A stretch of DNA of 63,309 nt, filler included, from Stramenopiles sp. TOSAG23-3 (lineage: Eukaryota): the NCBI GenBank assembly GCA_900128585.1. It is 13 parts of 13 records of this genome, joined end to end, with 100 filler letters (N's around TTAATTAATTAA, not from the genome) between each part and the next. Parts side by side here need not be neighbours in the genome. Positions count along the whole stretch, not along the records: positions 48,133 to 54,018 come from LT643420.1; positions 54,119 to 59,984 come from LT643421.1; positions 60,085 to 61,093 come from LT646722.1; positions 61,194 to 62,201 come from LT646723.1; 9 more parts are not named here. The stretch is one strand, 5' to 3'. The notes beneath the pieces are model-generated. The model made no database searches. It saw only the letters and a list, made by a program, of their open reading frames with translations, and was not told where the DNA came from. Shown here piece after piece: positions 51,957-62,301 of the stretch. Both the position numbers and the translations under genes were made by a program. Numbering within the stretch: the first letter of the stretch is position 1; each line of letters starts with the position of its first letter.

Positions 51957-53660
51957 TTATTTTACTCCGGCGGCGGCGGCGGAAGAAGAAGAAGGATCGA
52001 AGAAGTAAAAAGGTCCCCAGTAACCATTGTATTTTGTTTTAACGTCAATGCAAGCGTTTGGATCTCTTGTTCCACGATTTGGGGAATAAACAGTCTTTTG
52101 ATGTGCATCAATTTTATCTAACATTGCTTTGAAAAGACCAGGATGATTATTCGCAAGATTATTGCGTTCGCTTGGATCTTTTTTTATGTTAAAAAGGCAC
52201 CCTTGTTTTGGATCTCGAGTGCACTTTTTGCTGTGCAGCAATGGGACCAAGTGCGAAGATTTGTTTGGCCAATTTTGCCCTGTGATGACGTACTGGTTGA
52301 CTCCCCAAAGTCGTGATTTGGCGCCTACGATGAGCTTAAAATCGCCGGAAATTAGTCCTCCTACTAGTGTAGTGCCGGCTTGATTTGGTGCAAGGGCACT
52401 GGTGTCACCAATGATTACCTCGTTCCTTGGGACCGTTTGGTTTTGGCCCAGCAAGTACGGCATCACGTTTACAGAATCTACAGGCGGCAGTCCCGCACGT
52501 TTTGCCAAATTGTCAAACGGGTCAACACCAGCAAGGTATGCATAAGATGCGTACCAGTCCCACGCAGTGACATAGGTCTGGTCTTGCTTTGTCCCACGTT
52601 TGGATACTGGTATTAGACCGCCCGCCACGAAGGCATTCGCGCGTATTCCACCTTCCCAGTTGCTAAACTTTCCGCCTGTCAACGGGAAATTGTTGCCCCC
52701 GCAGACCCCTGCTCCCATAATCTCACCACCGTTGTCCGAATGGAAGACCAAAAGAGTGTTGTTCCACAGTCCATTGATTTTTAAGGCATTCACAACATCG
52801 CCGACTTTCTCGTCTAAATACTTAACCATAGCATGGTTCAACCGACGGTACTTGTCCTCGATAAAGCTGAACTCATCTTCGTACTTCTTCGGAACCTCCA
52901 AAGGCATGTGAGCCAAATGCATGGAGTAAAACAGGAAGAGGGGGTCCTTTGGGTCATGGGCGTTGATGACGTTCAACACCTCGTTTGCAAAGATCTCTTC
53001 TTCGTACACGCAATTTTCCCCAGACGGCTGCTGGTTGTTCTGCGAGCAAGAATCCCCATTCTGAAACATGACTGCCGGCCCATCGTACGTAGCGTTGTAC
53101 TTCCACAAGTCTTTTACTGCGCCCACCCCGGAACAGCTTTCGACAGTCTGGCTCCAATACCCGTTTGAATGGTGCCAGTATCCGAGCCAGGAATCGTAAC
53201 CCCGCGCGCGTGGGTGGTGGAGTTCCGTGGCCATGCCCACGTCATATTTCCCAACAAGGTGGGTTTTGTAATTCGCCTTTTTCATAACGGTAGCTACCCC
53301 AGTCATATTCGTCGGAATCCCTTGATAGCCACCAATGGGATCTTTGGGGTTTCTAAATTCCGGCGGAGTGTTCTGCACGTTGACGTGAATTGGATTTCTA
53401 CCGCTTTGAATGCTGCTTCGACTTGGGCTACAAATTTTGTACACATAGAACCTATCCAACTCAATCCCCGTTTTGACCAACGCATCCAAGTTTGGCGTCT
53501 GAAGGTCCAACGGATCACTCGTTTCAGACCTATGATATCCTATATCTGCCCAACCATAGTCATCCGCCAAAATATGAACTATATTTGGCAGTGATGCTTT
53601 TGTGGCGGATGATATTGTTAAAAAAAGACACGCCACTAATAGGCAACGCCACCCATTCAT
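51957..53660 (-). CDS. Arylsulfatase B-like formylglycine (S1) sulfatase, secreted
   Basis: PNIVHILADDYG, CSPSRS (CxPxR), YKTHLVGK, HSDNGG, GGKFSNWEGG and DPSE. Confidence 0.93.
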   Translation of the reverse strand: MNGWRCLLVACLFLTISSATKASLPNIVHILADDYGWADIGYHRSETSDPLDLQTPNLDALVKTGIELDRFYVYKICSPSRSSIQSGRNPIHVNVQNTPPEFRNPKDPIGGYQGIPTNMTGVATVMKKANYKTHLVGKYDVGMATELHHPRARGYDSWLGYWHHSNGYWSQTVESCSGVGAVKDLWKYNATYDGPAVMFQNGDSCSQNNQQPSGENCVYEEEIFANEVLNVINAHDPKDPLFLFYSMHLAHMPLEVPKKYEDEFSFIEDKYRRLNHAMVKYLDEKVGDVVNALKINGLWNNTLLVFHSDNGGEIMGAGVCGGNNFPLTGGKFSNWEGGIRANAFVAGGLIPVSKRGTKQDQTYVTAWDWYASYAYLAGVDPFDNLAKRAGLPPVDSVNVMPYLLGQNQTVPRNEVIIGDTSALAPNQAGTTLVGGLISGDFKLIVGAKSRLWGVNQYVITGQNWPNKSSHLVPLLHSKKCTRDPKQGCLFNIKKDPSERNNLANNHPGLFKAMLDKIDAHQKTVYSPNRGTRDPNACIDVKTKYNGYWGPFYFFDPSSSSAAAAGVK

Positions 53661-53979
53661 CTTGTAGAAGGTCAAGTATGTTGAGAGTTCGTATGCACTT
53701 TATGTCAAAAAAAACAACCAGCAGGTAGAAATTTCTGCATACAAACAAAGAAACTTTCTCATTTTGTTATAAACCAACCGAACAAACAACATGCAATAAA
53801 AAAGAAAAAAATGTTTCTTCGTAGGTAGTATTTTGTTTGTAGTAAGGCGATTCTACCGTACTACTATTACCGCCGGTAGTAATAATACCGGTTATTAATA
53901 TTATATAGTAGTAGTAGTACAACAATAAAATTGTTGACTTTTTTTTTTTGTTGATGAATAATATGATGATATTTTTATG

Positions 53980-54016
<37 letters not shown>

Positions 54017-54118
54017 TTNNNNNNNNNNNNNNNNNNNNNNNNNNNNNNNNNNNNNNNNNNNNTTAATTAATTAANNNNNNNNNNNNNNNNNNNNNNNNNN
54101 NNNNNNNNNNNNNNNNNN

Positions 54119-56167
54119 TTTTCAATGGTGGTCTTTTCTGTTCTTTTTGTGTGGTTTTGGATTTCGGTGCACACGGGCTCGTTCTTTATTGGCAGCATAG
54201 GCATTTTCCAAATTATGCTGTCTGTGCCCGTAAGCTTCTTTTTCTACTACTTTGTGTTCCAAATCACCTACTTTGCGCAAACGCACATTCTTGCCATCTT
54301 CATTATTTTGGGCGTCGGGGCGGACGATGTCTTCGTCCTCGTGGATGGATGGAAACAGTCCCGGGAGATTGTAAAAAGGAAAAACACGGAGGTGCCCGAG
54401 GAGAAGGACACAGAGTACCTGAGCGAGCGGATGGCCTTCGCGTACCACCGAACCTACCGCGCGGTGCTGAACACCTCGCTGACCACGGCAATGGCGTTCG
54501 TTGGCACAGGAATTTCACCCTTGATGGGCTTCAGCACGTTCGGTTGGTTTGCAGCAATATGCATCATTTTAAACTATGTGCTTGTCATCACGTTCACGCC
54601 CGCCGCGCTGTTGGTTCAAGAAATGTACATTTCCCCATTCCTAGACCGAACTATTGGGAGCAAGGTAGCGTGCTGCAGACGAAAGCGTGACGTGGGGGAC
54701 GAAGCTTCTACCGCCGAGAAGGGTGGGGAACAGAAGGATGGAGGGCACAAGGCTGGGTGTCTCAGCAACCTCTACGTGCCCTACATGACCAAGGCGATGA
54801 ACGGAAAGAAATGGTTAAAGCCATTGCCAATTGCAATCATTGTAATACTAGTGGCCAACACGATCCAAGCTTCCGTCTTCACGTCCCTGCTAACTCCTCC
54901 AACGGAGGAGGAGGAATGGGTCAAAGAGGATCACATGATGGCAAAGTGGAACGATAAGACCCGAGGGATGTTTCTTGGCGATGAAGACAATGACTTTCTG
55001 CAAGGCCGTTTCGTGTTTGGTATCACAGGCATTGACCGCACAGGCTTCAACAGGTTCGACACGCTGTCCACTTTCCGCGGGAATCCAGTGTTTGATGACA
55101 AGTTTGAAATCCATTCGCAAGCGGCGCAAGAAGCCCTGCTCTCGTTCTGCCAGACGGTGGAGACTTATAAGTGCAAGGACAATCTGCGTGGATGTGGATC
55201 GACGGACACTCTTGCGAGGCCGGGGTCCGTAAGGTGCTGGATCAGGGAGTTTCAGAGCTGGCACAAAGCGAAGTACGCCAACGCCACGACCTATGGGCTG
55301 AATGAGACGACATTCCTTGATCGCCTCACTGCGTTTCGACAGACTGAAAAGCCCGCAGCCGCCCAAGCGGAGAACTGGAAGAAGTCTATAGGCCTCATCA
55401 ACGGAAAGCTGAAGTATGTTGCGGTTAGGCTGCGAATCAATGTGCAGTCCTTCGATCCCCAATCCGTGAAGTTTCCCATGTACAAGCTTTTCAATAAAGT
55501 TGTCGACGACTTCAAAAAGGAAGCCCCAGCCGGGCTGGGTAGTGTGCTGCACGAGTCTTCGTTTTTTGGTTGGGTGTTCATGTCCACGGAACAGGCTTTG
55601 GTGCAAAGCCTGTTTAATGGGTTAGCTTTTTCCTTCCCCATTGCTGCCCTTGTGCTGTTGTATGCGACCCGGAACTGGGTTACGGCTGCGTTTGCGATAT
55701 TTTCCGTCGGTAGCGTCGTCGTCTCTGTGCTGGGATTTTGCAAGGCCTACATGGGGTGGAGTTTGGGCGTAACCGAGACCTTTGCTGGTATAATTGTTGT
55801 TGGTCTAGCAGTGGACTATGTGGTGCACCAAGCGCACATGTACGAAGATGCTGCCCATTGCGAGCACCATTTTCAAACCCGAGAAGAACGGTTTACCCAC
55901 AGTGCCACCAAAATGGGGTCCACGGTTATCGCTGGGGCGATTACAACAGCAGGCAGCGGCTGCTTTATGTTCCTCTGCCAACTGGGCTTCTTTTACAAAA
56001 TGGCCGTGCTCATCGTAGTTACCATCATGTGGTCTTTTATTTATTCCATGGGTTTGTTTTTGAGCCTGTGCGTAGTTATGGGCCCGGAAGGAGAGTTTGC
56101 CAATATTACTACCCCTCCCTGCTTGAAGAACGACGGCGACAAAAAGGAGGGCAGCAGCACAATTTGA
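54119..56167 (+). CDS. Dispatched-like RND/sterol-sensing-domain protein; 5'-truncated
   Basis: GVGADDVFV, TSLTTAMAF, GLAVDYVVH and GAITT. Two TM bundles. Confidence 0.88.
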   Translation, partial: FSMVVFSVLFVWFWISVHTGSFFIGSIGIFQIMLSVPVSFFFYYFVFQITYFAQTHILAIFIILGVGADDVFVLVDGWKQSREIVKRKNTEVPEEKDTEYLSERMAFAYHRTYRAVLNTSLTTAMAFVGTGISPLMGFSTFGWFAAICIILNYVLVITFTPAALLVQEMYISPFLDRTIGSKVACCRRKRDVGDEASTAEKGGEQKDGGHKAGCLSNLYVPYMTKAMNGKKWLKPLPIAIIVILVANTIQASVFTSLLTPPTEEEEWVKEDHMMAKWNDKTRGMFLGDEDNDFLQGRFVFGITGIDRTGFNRFDTLSTFRGNPVFDDKFEIHSQAAQEALLSFCQTVETYKCKDNLRGCGSTDTLARPGSVRCWIREFQSWHKAKYANATTYGLNETTFLDRLTAFRQTEKPAAAQAENWKKSIGLINGKLKYVAVRLRINVQSFDPQSVKFPMYKLFNKVVDDFKKEAPAGLGSVLHESSFFGWVFMSTEQALVQSLFNGLAFSFPIAALVLLYATRNWVTAAFAIFSVGSVVVSVLGFCKAYMGWSLGVTETFAGIIVVGLAVDYVVHQAHMYEDAAHCEHHFQTREERFTHSATKMGSTVIAGAITTAGSGCFMFLCQLGFFYKMAVLIVVTIMWSFIYSMGLFLSLCVVMGPEGEFANITTPPCLKNDGDKKEGSSTI

Positions 56168-56544
56168 ATGTTACTAACTCGGTATATTTTTAGTTAATAA
56201 ATAATACCAACAAAGCAACTTCCATGATGGCGTTAGGGTTATTATTATTATTTTATTTTTTTTGTTGTTGTTGTGGTGTTCGGATATTTAATATTATTAT
56301 ATTTTTTAGCCCCTACTACTAACTAATTACCAAATAAATAAATCGAAAATCGGTCGATAAAAAATAGGTATTATTAGGTTTACCAATGGCGATCCAACTC
56401 ATTTTATCCCATGTTTGACATATACAATATAAATAATTTGAATCAATGTTCTCCGATTAAATACGTCCAGCTTTTGCCTGTTAATACTTTTCAGGGTTTC
56501 CTGCTGCGATTATTTCTTTGCATGGAGCACTGAGCACAACAAGA

Positions 56545-57281
56545 ATGCTCGCTCCCAATCCGTACACCTACCCTGAGGGTGAGGGTGACCCTGGCAACCT
56601 TAGTTCGTGCTGTCCTGCGTTCCCTTTTGGTCGAAAGATTGGGAATCTAACAGTCTTGATAGAACGCAGAAGACCAGGGTCGTCGCCAAAGTTTCTAATG
56701 GTCGTTGGTCCCTGTTGGCCGATGCTGCTTATTACGATCGGTCTAATACTTGGTGTCTCGGGGCTGATTTTGTCCAACTCACTGCCAAAATTGTCCGTGT
56801 TCTGGTGGCTGCTCGCCGTCTGTTCCTCTCTAAACCTCCTTGCCTCCCTTCTCTTTACCGCGTGTAGCGACCCCGGTAAGTTTAACCGCATCCCTCCTCA
56901 TCGAAATCTTCCCGCAACGCCTAACATGTTTGATTATAATTCTTTTGAATCCCAATAGGTATCACCCCCAGGTACGAAACGGAAAGAAGGACCGTCGACC
57001 AAGAAGAAGACGACAGTGAGTCTCAGTCGGAGGACAAAATGCTAACTTCTTTAGAAGAAGGGGTGCCGCCGCTTCTTTGGAGCCAGGACGCCCAGGCTTT
57101 TCGTCCTCGCGGGGTCGTCTTTTGCTCTGAGAGTGGGGTGCTTATACGTGAACTTGATCATTTTTGCCCATGGACTGGCACCACTATCGGTGGTGGCAAC
57201 ATCAAATGTTTTTACTGGTTTTTGCTGTCTATTGTTTTGCAAATGGTTACTGTGTTTTCTTCGATGTTTGCCAGTGTTTAA
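56545..57281 (+). CDS. DHHC-like palmitoyltransferase (DHFC variant); join(56545..56875,56959..57281)
   Basis: VGPCWP, SDPG|ITPR joined across the intron, FRP..LDHFCPWTGTTIG..NIKCFY. Confidence 0.8.
56876..56958 (+). other. Spliceosomal intron (83 nt)
   Basis: GTAAGT donor, CCTAAC branch point, TAG acceptor. Splicing restores SDPGITPR in frame. Confidence 0.85.
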
Positions 57282-57784
57282 GAAAGACACACAAATATTT
57301 GCCAATAGAGCGAGTGTTTGTATGGTCCCTGTGATGGGTTGCTGGGTTCTTTTTTCTATTTAATTCTTTAAAATAAAAAGAATACTCTACCGGTAAAAGA
57401 AAAGAGAGCGATAAGGGAAAAGTTAAAGAATAACATTTCGAACTAAAAAGAGGCTTTTTAAATTGAAAATATAAATTTAAAACAATAAATAAAATAAGTC
57501 GAACAGATCCAGGCAATCAAAAAACAAATCTAGCCGCTGTTCGATTTTTGGTAATAAAGGGACGATTGATTTTCCAAGTGACTCTGATGGGTTCGGCGAA
57601 GAAGTGATCTACTCGCAAAAGTCTCCAAAGATGGATGGAATTATCAGGGACTTTGATTGGGCATTGGGTCGATTTGTTGAGTACAGATCACCCAAGCGAA
57701 ATTAAAAAAATCAAAAAAAAGAAATCAATTTTAGGTGTTTAGGGTTGGAACTGAAATAATGATCCGACTTTCTGTCCCTCCCTG

Positions 57785-59695
57785 CTAAGTTAACAAATCT
57801 AAAATTTCCGCCCTTATCCGGTTCTCGGTGCCACTGCTACCGACGAGACTGTACTTGTGGTGGGACGGTGCGCACGGCACAAATTCGTTGTAATACTTTC
57901 CACAGCATATCACATCCCCACATACCACTCGAACAGATCCAGTGGGTTGGCTGCCAATACGCGGGTAACCATGGATCTCTTCAGAAAGCAGCAATATCTG
58001 GTCCCGTGAACTATTGTAGAGTGTAATCTTCTCCGCGATGCCGTTCACAGCCTGTATTTTCCAATTGAACGTGTCGATGTCCACATCAGGAACTGTCATT
58101 ATTACACTTCCAAGGCGCCGACTGGAGAGTTTTTTTGATCGTTGAATGGCCGTGTGAAGGGCGCCCACTGCTGGACGCGCACCCATTGAGTGCGCTAGAA
58201 CGTGAAGCTTGGGCCGCGTTGAGGGTTTCCTACCCCGGTATTCCACCACCCCCATGTCCAGCACTTCCATCAAGTCGACCATGTAGTCTGCCAGGACGGT
58301 TTCACAGGAACCCGAGGCGGCCTCGTCAACGGTGTAACCCTTTGCATCGCCCAGGGATGGCCACGAAAAGAAACAGCACACACCATCGAAATTCATATCA
58401 TCTGCAAACTGTGCCAAAATCAGTGCCGCTTCTGAAAACGTAGTGTCATACCCATGGACAAACAGCAATATTGATCTATCGTGCCCAGCAGCATTTTTCA
58501 AATCGCCCATGCCGACACCATTCCAGTCTCTGTATTCTCCCAGAAAGGTCTTTGCAAACAGAGGCTCAGTTTCCTGACTTTCGCACAAAGGAACTATTTT
58601 CCCCTGGGATTGCCAGGAAATACTTTCCGGCTTCCGCTTGCGAATAGGAACGAACACTTGCATGTGACCGTGGTGCAAAAACAAGGTCTCGCTCCCTAAT
58701 ATTTTGTTCCGTCCGTTTCTGTAATGCTCACTCTTGAGCTCGCCTGGCGATCTATTTGTACAATAAAACATTTCTAAAATGTATCCCCCTATGCTTTTGG
58801 ATGGCGCCCACCAGGGGAGCAAAAATTTTCCAGAAGTGTTCCTGTACTTATCCTGGTGGGGGCGCGCCAAGCCGTACCATCGTGTATACATTATATCGTT
58901 TCTTACCCGCTGTGCTTCCTGTGACTCCAAGTGCGCCTTAAGGACCTTTACGCATGTCCACTTTTGCTGCTCCTTCGCCAGGGACATTGGAGTGCTTCCC
59001 CTCTTGTTTCGTGCATACGCACTAAGAGGACAAACCTCCAGGAGTACGGGCAAAGCATCGGCATTCCCGCTGAATGCGGCGTAATGTACTGGGAGCCACC
59101 CATCCTTGTCTAACACCCGAATGCAGTGAGGGAAATATTCAATTAAACGAGCTATGACTGTGCCGGGGGCACCGTTCCGTGACGCGTACATAAACGGAAG
59201 CCACATGTACGGCCCCCCTGACTCTCGAAGCTGCTTCTTGTACGCGACCCTAACCACGAAATCGTCCAGTTCCTCGACTGAGGTATGAAACCAGGCGTAC
59301 GTGTTGTCGTGCAGTTTCTTTATTCCAGGCATCTTTTCTCTGCCGTCGGCTCGGGAACTGATCTGGGACATGTTTACATTTTTTTGTTTAGCAACCTCTC
59401 CCACCGTTTTCGCGCCCTGTGAGATATTGTGGTACGCACGTCTGCCCAGCTTTGGCGTCAACAGCACGTCCTGCATACCCTGTTCAGTACCCTCCAACGC
59501 GTCCTCAAGAATTTCCGTCTGTGCATCATTATCAATGTCGGCTAATATACGGTTCAACATTCCTGGAAGAAGCAAGAGGGGAAGTTAGTGATTTTAAATT
59601 CGTGGGCAGTTACAGCTTAGATACTTACGACGAGAAGTGGTAGCACTTATCCGACCGTCTCGGCCAAAAGTCCCTTTGCCATCCGCAGGCTTCAT
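57785..59695 (-). CDS. Ankyrin-repeat plus DUF900 alpha/beta-hydrolase; join(59695..59629,59562..57785)
   Basis: Ankyrin DGWLPVHYAA and RGSTPMSLA. DUF900 motifs LLFVHGY, FSWPS, HVLAHSMG, PDVD and HHKY. Confidence 0.85.
59563..59628 (-). other. Spliceosomal intron (66 nt)
   Basis: GTAAGT...CACTAAC...TTCCAG. Splicing puts ATG 59695 in frame (C|GA then ATG). Confidence 0.85.
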
Positions 59696-59907
59696 ATTTT
59701 GAACAGTTCGCGGATAAAATGGTACTCCGTGTAAGATCAATTGGGAAAAAATGAGAGTTTGTGTCCGTATTGGCCTTTAGCTACTTGGAATACGGGAATT
59801 GGTTTGGTTTTCTTCCACTTCCTCTTGCCAATATTATAAAATAGAAACTGACTGCATGCAAGCAAATTAATATTATATATATAGCAACACAACAACAACA
59901 CACACAA

Positions 59908-59984
59908 AAAGAAGAAAAGAAGAAAAGAAGAAAAGAAGAAAAGAAGAAAAGAAGAAAAGAAGAAAAGAAGAAAAGAAGAAAAGA
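59908..59984. repeat. (AAGAAAAG)n microsatellite at contig end
   Basis: Directly visible. Confidence 0.92.
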
Positions 59985-60084
59985 NNNNNNNNNNNNNNNN
60001 NNNNNNNNNNNNNNNNNNNNNNNNNNNNTTAATTAATTAANNNNNNNNNNNNNNNNNNNNNNNNNNNNNNNNNNNNNNNNNNNN

Positions 60085-60258
60085 AACAAGTTCACAAACA
60101 GCCTGATGACCAGCGCGTCGACCGTGATGACGATCGTTCGGTCGTACACCGGGTACGGGACGGGCACGGCGACCACCCGGACGTTGCAGATTTGCAACTA
60201 CGGGACGACCGCACTGAACGGGGTGGTCGTCGTAGACTTTGCGTTGGTCTCGGTGTGA
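60085..60258 (+). CDS. 3' end of a gene encoding a small beta-rich C-terminal domain
   Basis: NKFTNSLMTSASTVMTIVRSYTGYGTGTATTRTLQICNYGTTALNGVVVVDFALVSV followed by a stop, with high third-position GC. Confidence 0.6.
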   Translation, partial: NKFTNSLMTSASTVMTIVRSYTGYGTGTATTRTLQICNYGTTALNGVVVVDFALVSV

Positions 60259-60431
60259 GGTGGATGGGAGCCGATGGTCCATTACTCCTCCGTTTTTACG
60301 AAACAAAAATACAATGCTGTCTTGTTTAGATGTTATCTAAAGATTAAAAAATAAATATAAATCATTCCTGTTGTTAAGACACCCCCCCGCTCATTTCAGT
60401 TTTTTAAGTAAACAGCATATAAATTTATTAA

Positions 60432-60510
60432 ATCAAGAAAATTGGCTGTTATTTAAGTATAATTAAAATTTAAAAACAAGAAAATTGGCTGTTATTTAAG
60501 TAATTAAATT
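60432..60510 (+). repeat. Two tandem heads of dispersed AT-rich repeat family
   Basis: CAAGAAAATTGGCTGTTATTTAAGTA(T)AATTAAA occurs twice. Confidence 0.88.
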
Positions 60511-61193
60511 TAGCTTCCTCATACCCTGATTAATATAAATTTATTTCATGTGTATTAGTCAATCTAGATTAAGTTTCAATCACTAGACTAATTAGTTATA
60601 AGAAAAGTCACTCGTAAATACTTTCCAATTGCTTCACCCACTCCATAATCGACTTCTTCATTTACGTAATTCTCTATTCTCCCTCGTATCATCTCTTGAT
60701 CAAAAATTCAATTTTCAAGCGAAAACGAACTGCATGGAACACATAGAGCAAGGTATGGAGAGTGTGGTGCTGCAGCAACAAGCGCACACACTGGAGCCCC
60801 TCAAGCATACCGCAATGGATGACTATCCCGTGTTCAACGGGTATCCATATTTGACCGTCTATCGCGTAGAAGATCTATGAACAGACGTCTGTAAGAATGT
60901 GTACGAATTAATAATTCTTAATATATATCGTAATTCTTATACATATACATATTTTGTTTTTTATATCGTAATTCTTATTTTGTTTTGAAGAAACAAAATC
61001 CTAATTCAGCGAAGTAAATATTTAATTCTTATCATTTTTTCAAGCGATTAAATATTTCTTTTCTTGTTAAAGGTGATCTGTACGCAACAAACCNNNNNNN
61101 NNNNNNNNNNNNNNNNNNNNNNNNNNNNNNNNNNNNNTTAATTAATTAANNNNNNNNNNNNNNNNNNNNNNNNNNNNNNNNNNNNNNNNNNNN

Positions 61194-61560
61194 CATCAAG
61201 GAGCGGAAAGCGGTGGAGCGGGAAGTGCAGAACGTTCGCCAGAAAATAGCCAACAACAGGGACGACATTGTCCACCACCGCACGGTCAAGAAGGAGGCGC
61301 AGGAGAAGTACGCCGTCATCTCGGAGCGTGTCAAACGGTTGAACCGGCTGGTGGGTGAAATGCGACGAAAATTGCAGCATTTGAAACGCGAAGAGAACAG
61401 GACAAAGCAAAACATAAATAGGCTGAATACGCAAGAGAGAACGGCCAATGTGCGGCTGGACATGGTCGTCGCAGAAAACGCCCACGCGGTGATGAAAATC
61501 GAACATTTGCTCATGGACATACAGATGCTAAGCAAAGAGCCCGTCGTGAAGCACCTGTGA
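61194..61560 (+). CDS. C-terminal coiled-coil fragment of an unidentified protein
   Basis: Open frame from the contig start to TGA at 61558-61560, with heptad-rich sequence. Confidence 0.65.
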
Positions 61561-61700
61561 GGTAGGGGCATTTGTTTAACTTATATTTGCCAGTAATAAA
61601 CATGATATCATATGTTATGGATATTGGGGAAGAATTGTTTCGTAAAGAGATCTATTTTGTTTTTAACCTAAGAATCTTAATTCAGATCTCGTAAGAATTT

Positions 61701-62128
61701 TCATCGCCGTTGCTTCTTTGCCACGGGCCCCACCAGGGCGCCTTGGCCTTCGGGCGCGGCAAGGGGGCCAGCCCCTTGGGCCCGCATGGCAGCGTACATG
61801 GCGTCCTCGTTGGAACGCTTGATGGCCTGCTGCGCCACCTTGTTCGAATCATCGTACGCCCAGCGCACCATCAGTATCTCTTCGTCGTCGAGGGCTTGGT
61901 TTGCCATGGCCTCTTTCGCAAACTCTGCACTTATCCGCTGTCGGTACCGTACAAAGGCTATAGACTTGTTCCAAATAACATTTATATTTTCCACCTCTCC
62001 CCACTTTCCAAAGTGCCGTTCCAGAATGTCCTTGACCGCGTCTTTCCCGGACCGGGCGTCTTTGTACTTCGTCGTTTTGAGCCCACCAACGTACAGGGTC
62101 CGGCAGTCTTTGGTGAAGCTCCCGACCC
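61701..62128 (-). CDS. CWC2: Pre-mRNA splicing factor Cwc2 (RRM half)
   Basis: VGSF...RTLYVGG..RHFGKWGEVENINV..AFVRY..SAEFAKEAMANQAL...VRWAYDD. Confidence 0.85.
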
Positions 62129-62201
62129 GACGTTCTTGAAAATCGCAAAGCTTTGGATGGAGCAGATAACGGAGGATTTTGGGACAGACCACTGGTACCA
62201 G
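62124..62201 (+). CDS. Fragment resembling alpha-N-acetylglucosaminidase (GH89)
   Basis: DPTFLKIAKLWMEQITEDFGTDHWYQ resembles the GH89 DPxF..I...F..EQ...FGTDHxY segment. Confidence 0.5.
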
Positions 62202-62301
62202 NNNNNNNNNNNNNNNNNNNNNNNNNNNNNNNNNNNNNNNNNNNNTTAATTAATTAANNNNNNNNNNNNNNNNNNNNNNNNNNNNNNNNNNNNNNNNNNN
62301 N

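Noticed and set aside
53979-54012. Long poly(A) run suggesting a retroelement tail
   Set aside because: It lies at a contig end in AT-rich DNA, with no element body or TSD visible.
27912-60510. Repeat heads considered as a CRISPR array
   Set aside because: Copies are dispersed on separate contigs with no repeat-spacer periodicity and no cas genes, in a eukaryotic context.
60629-60880. 83-aa ORF on contig 11
   Set aside because: No recognisable similarity and a non-ATG start. Possibly a gene remnant, but unsupported.
5942-62301. Recurrent TTAATTAATTAA palindrome at ~6-kb spacing, and apparent gene neighbourhoods across it
   Set aside because: It is an artificial six-frame stop linker between size-sorted contigs. 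Adjacency across spacers has no biological meaning, and ORFs ending in XXXLIN are artefacts.
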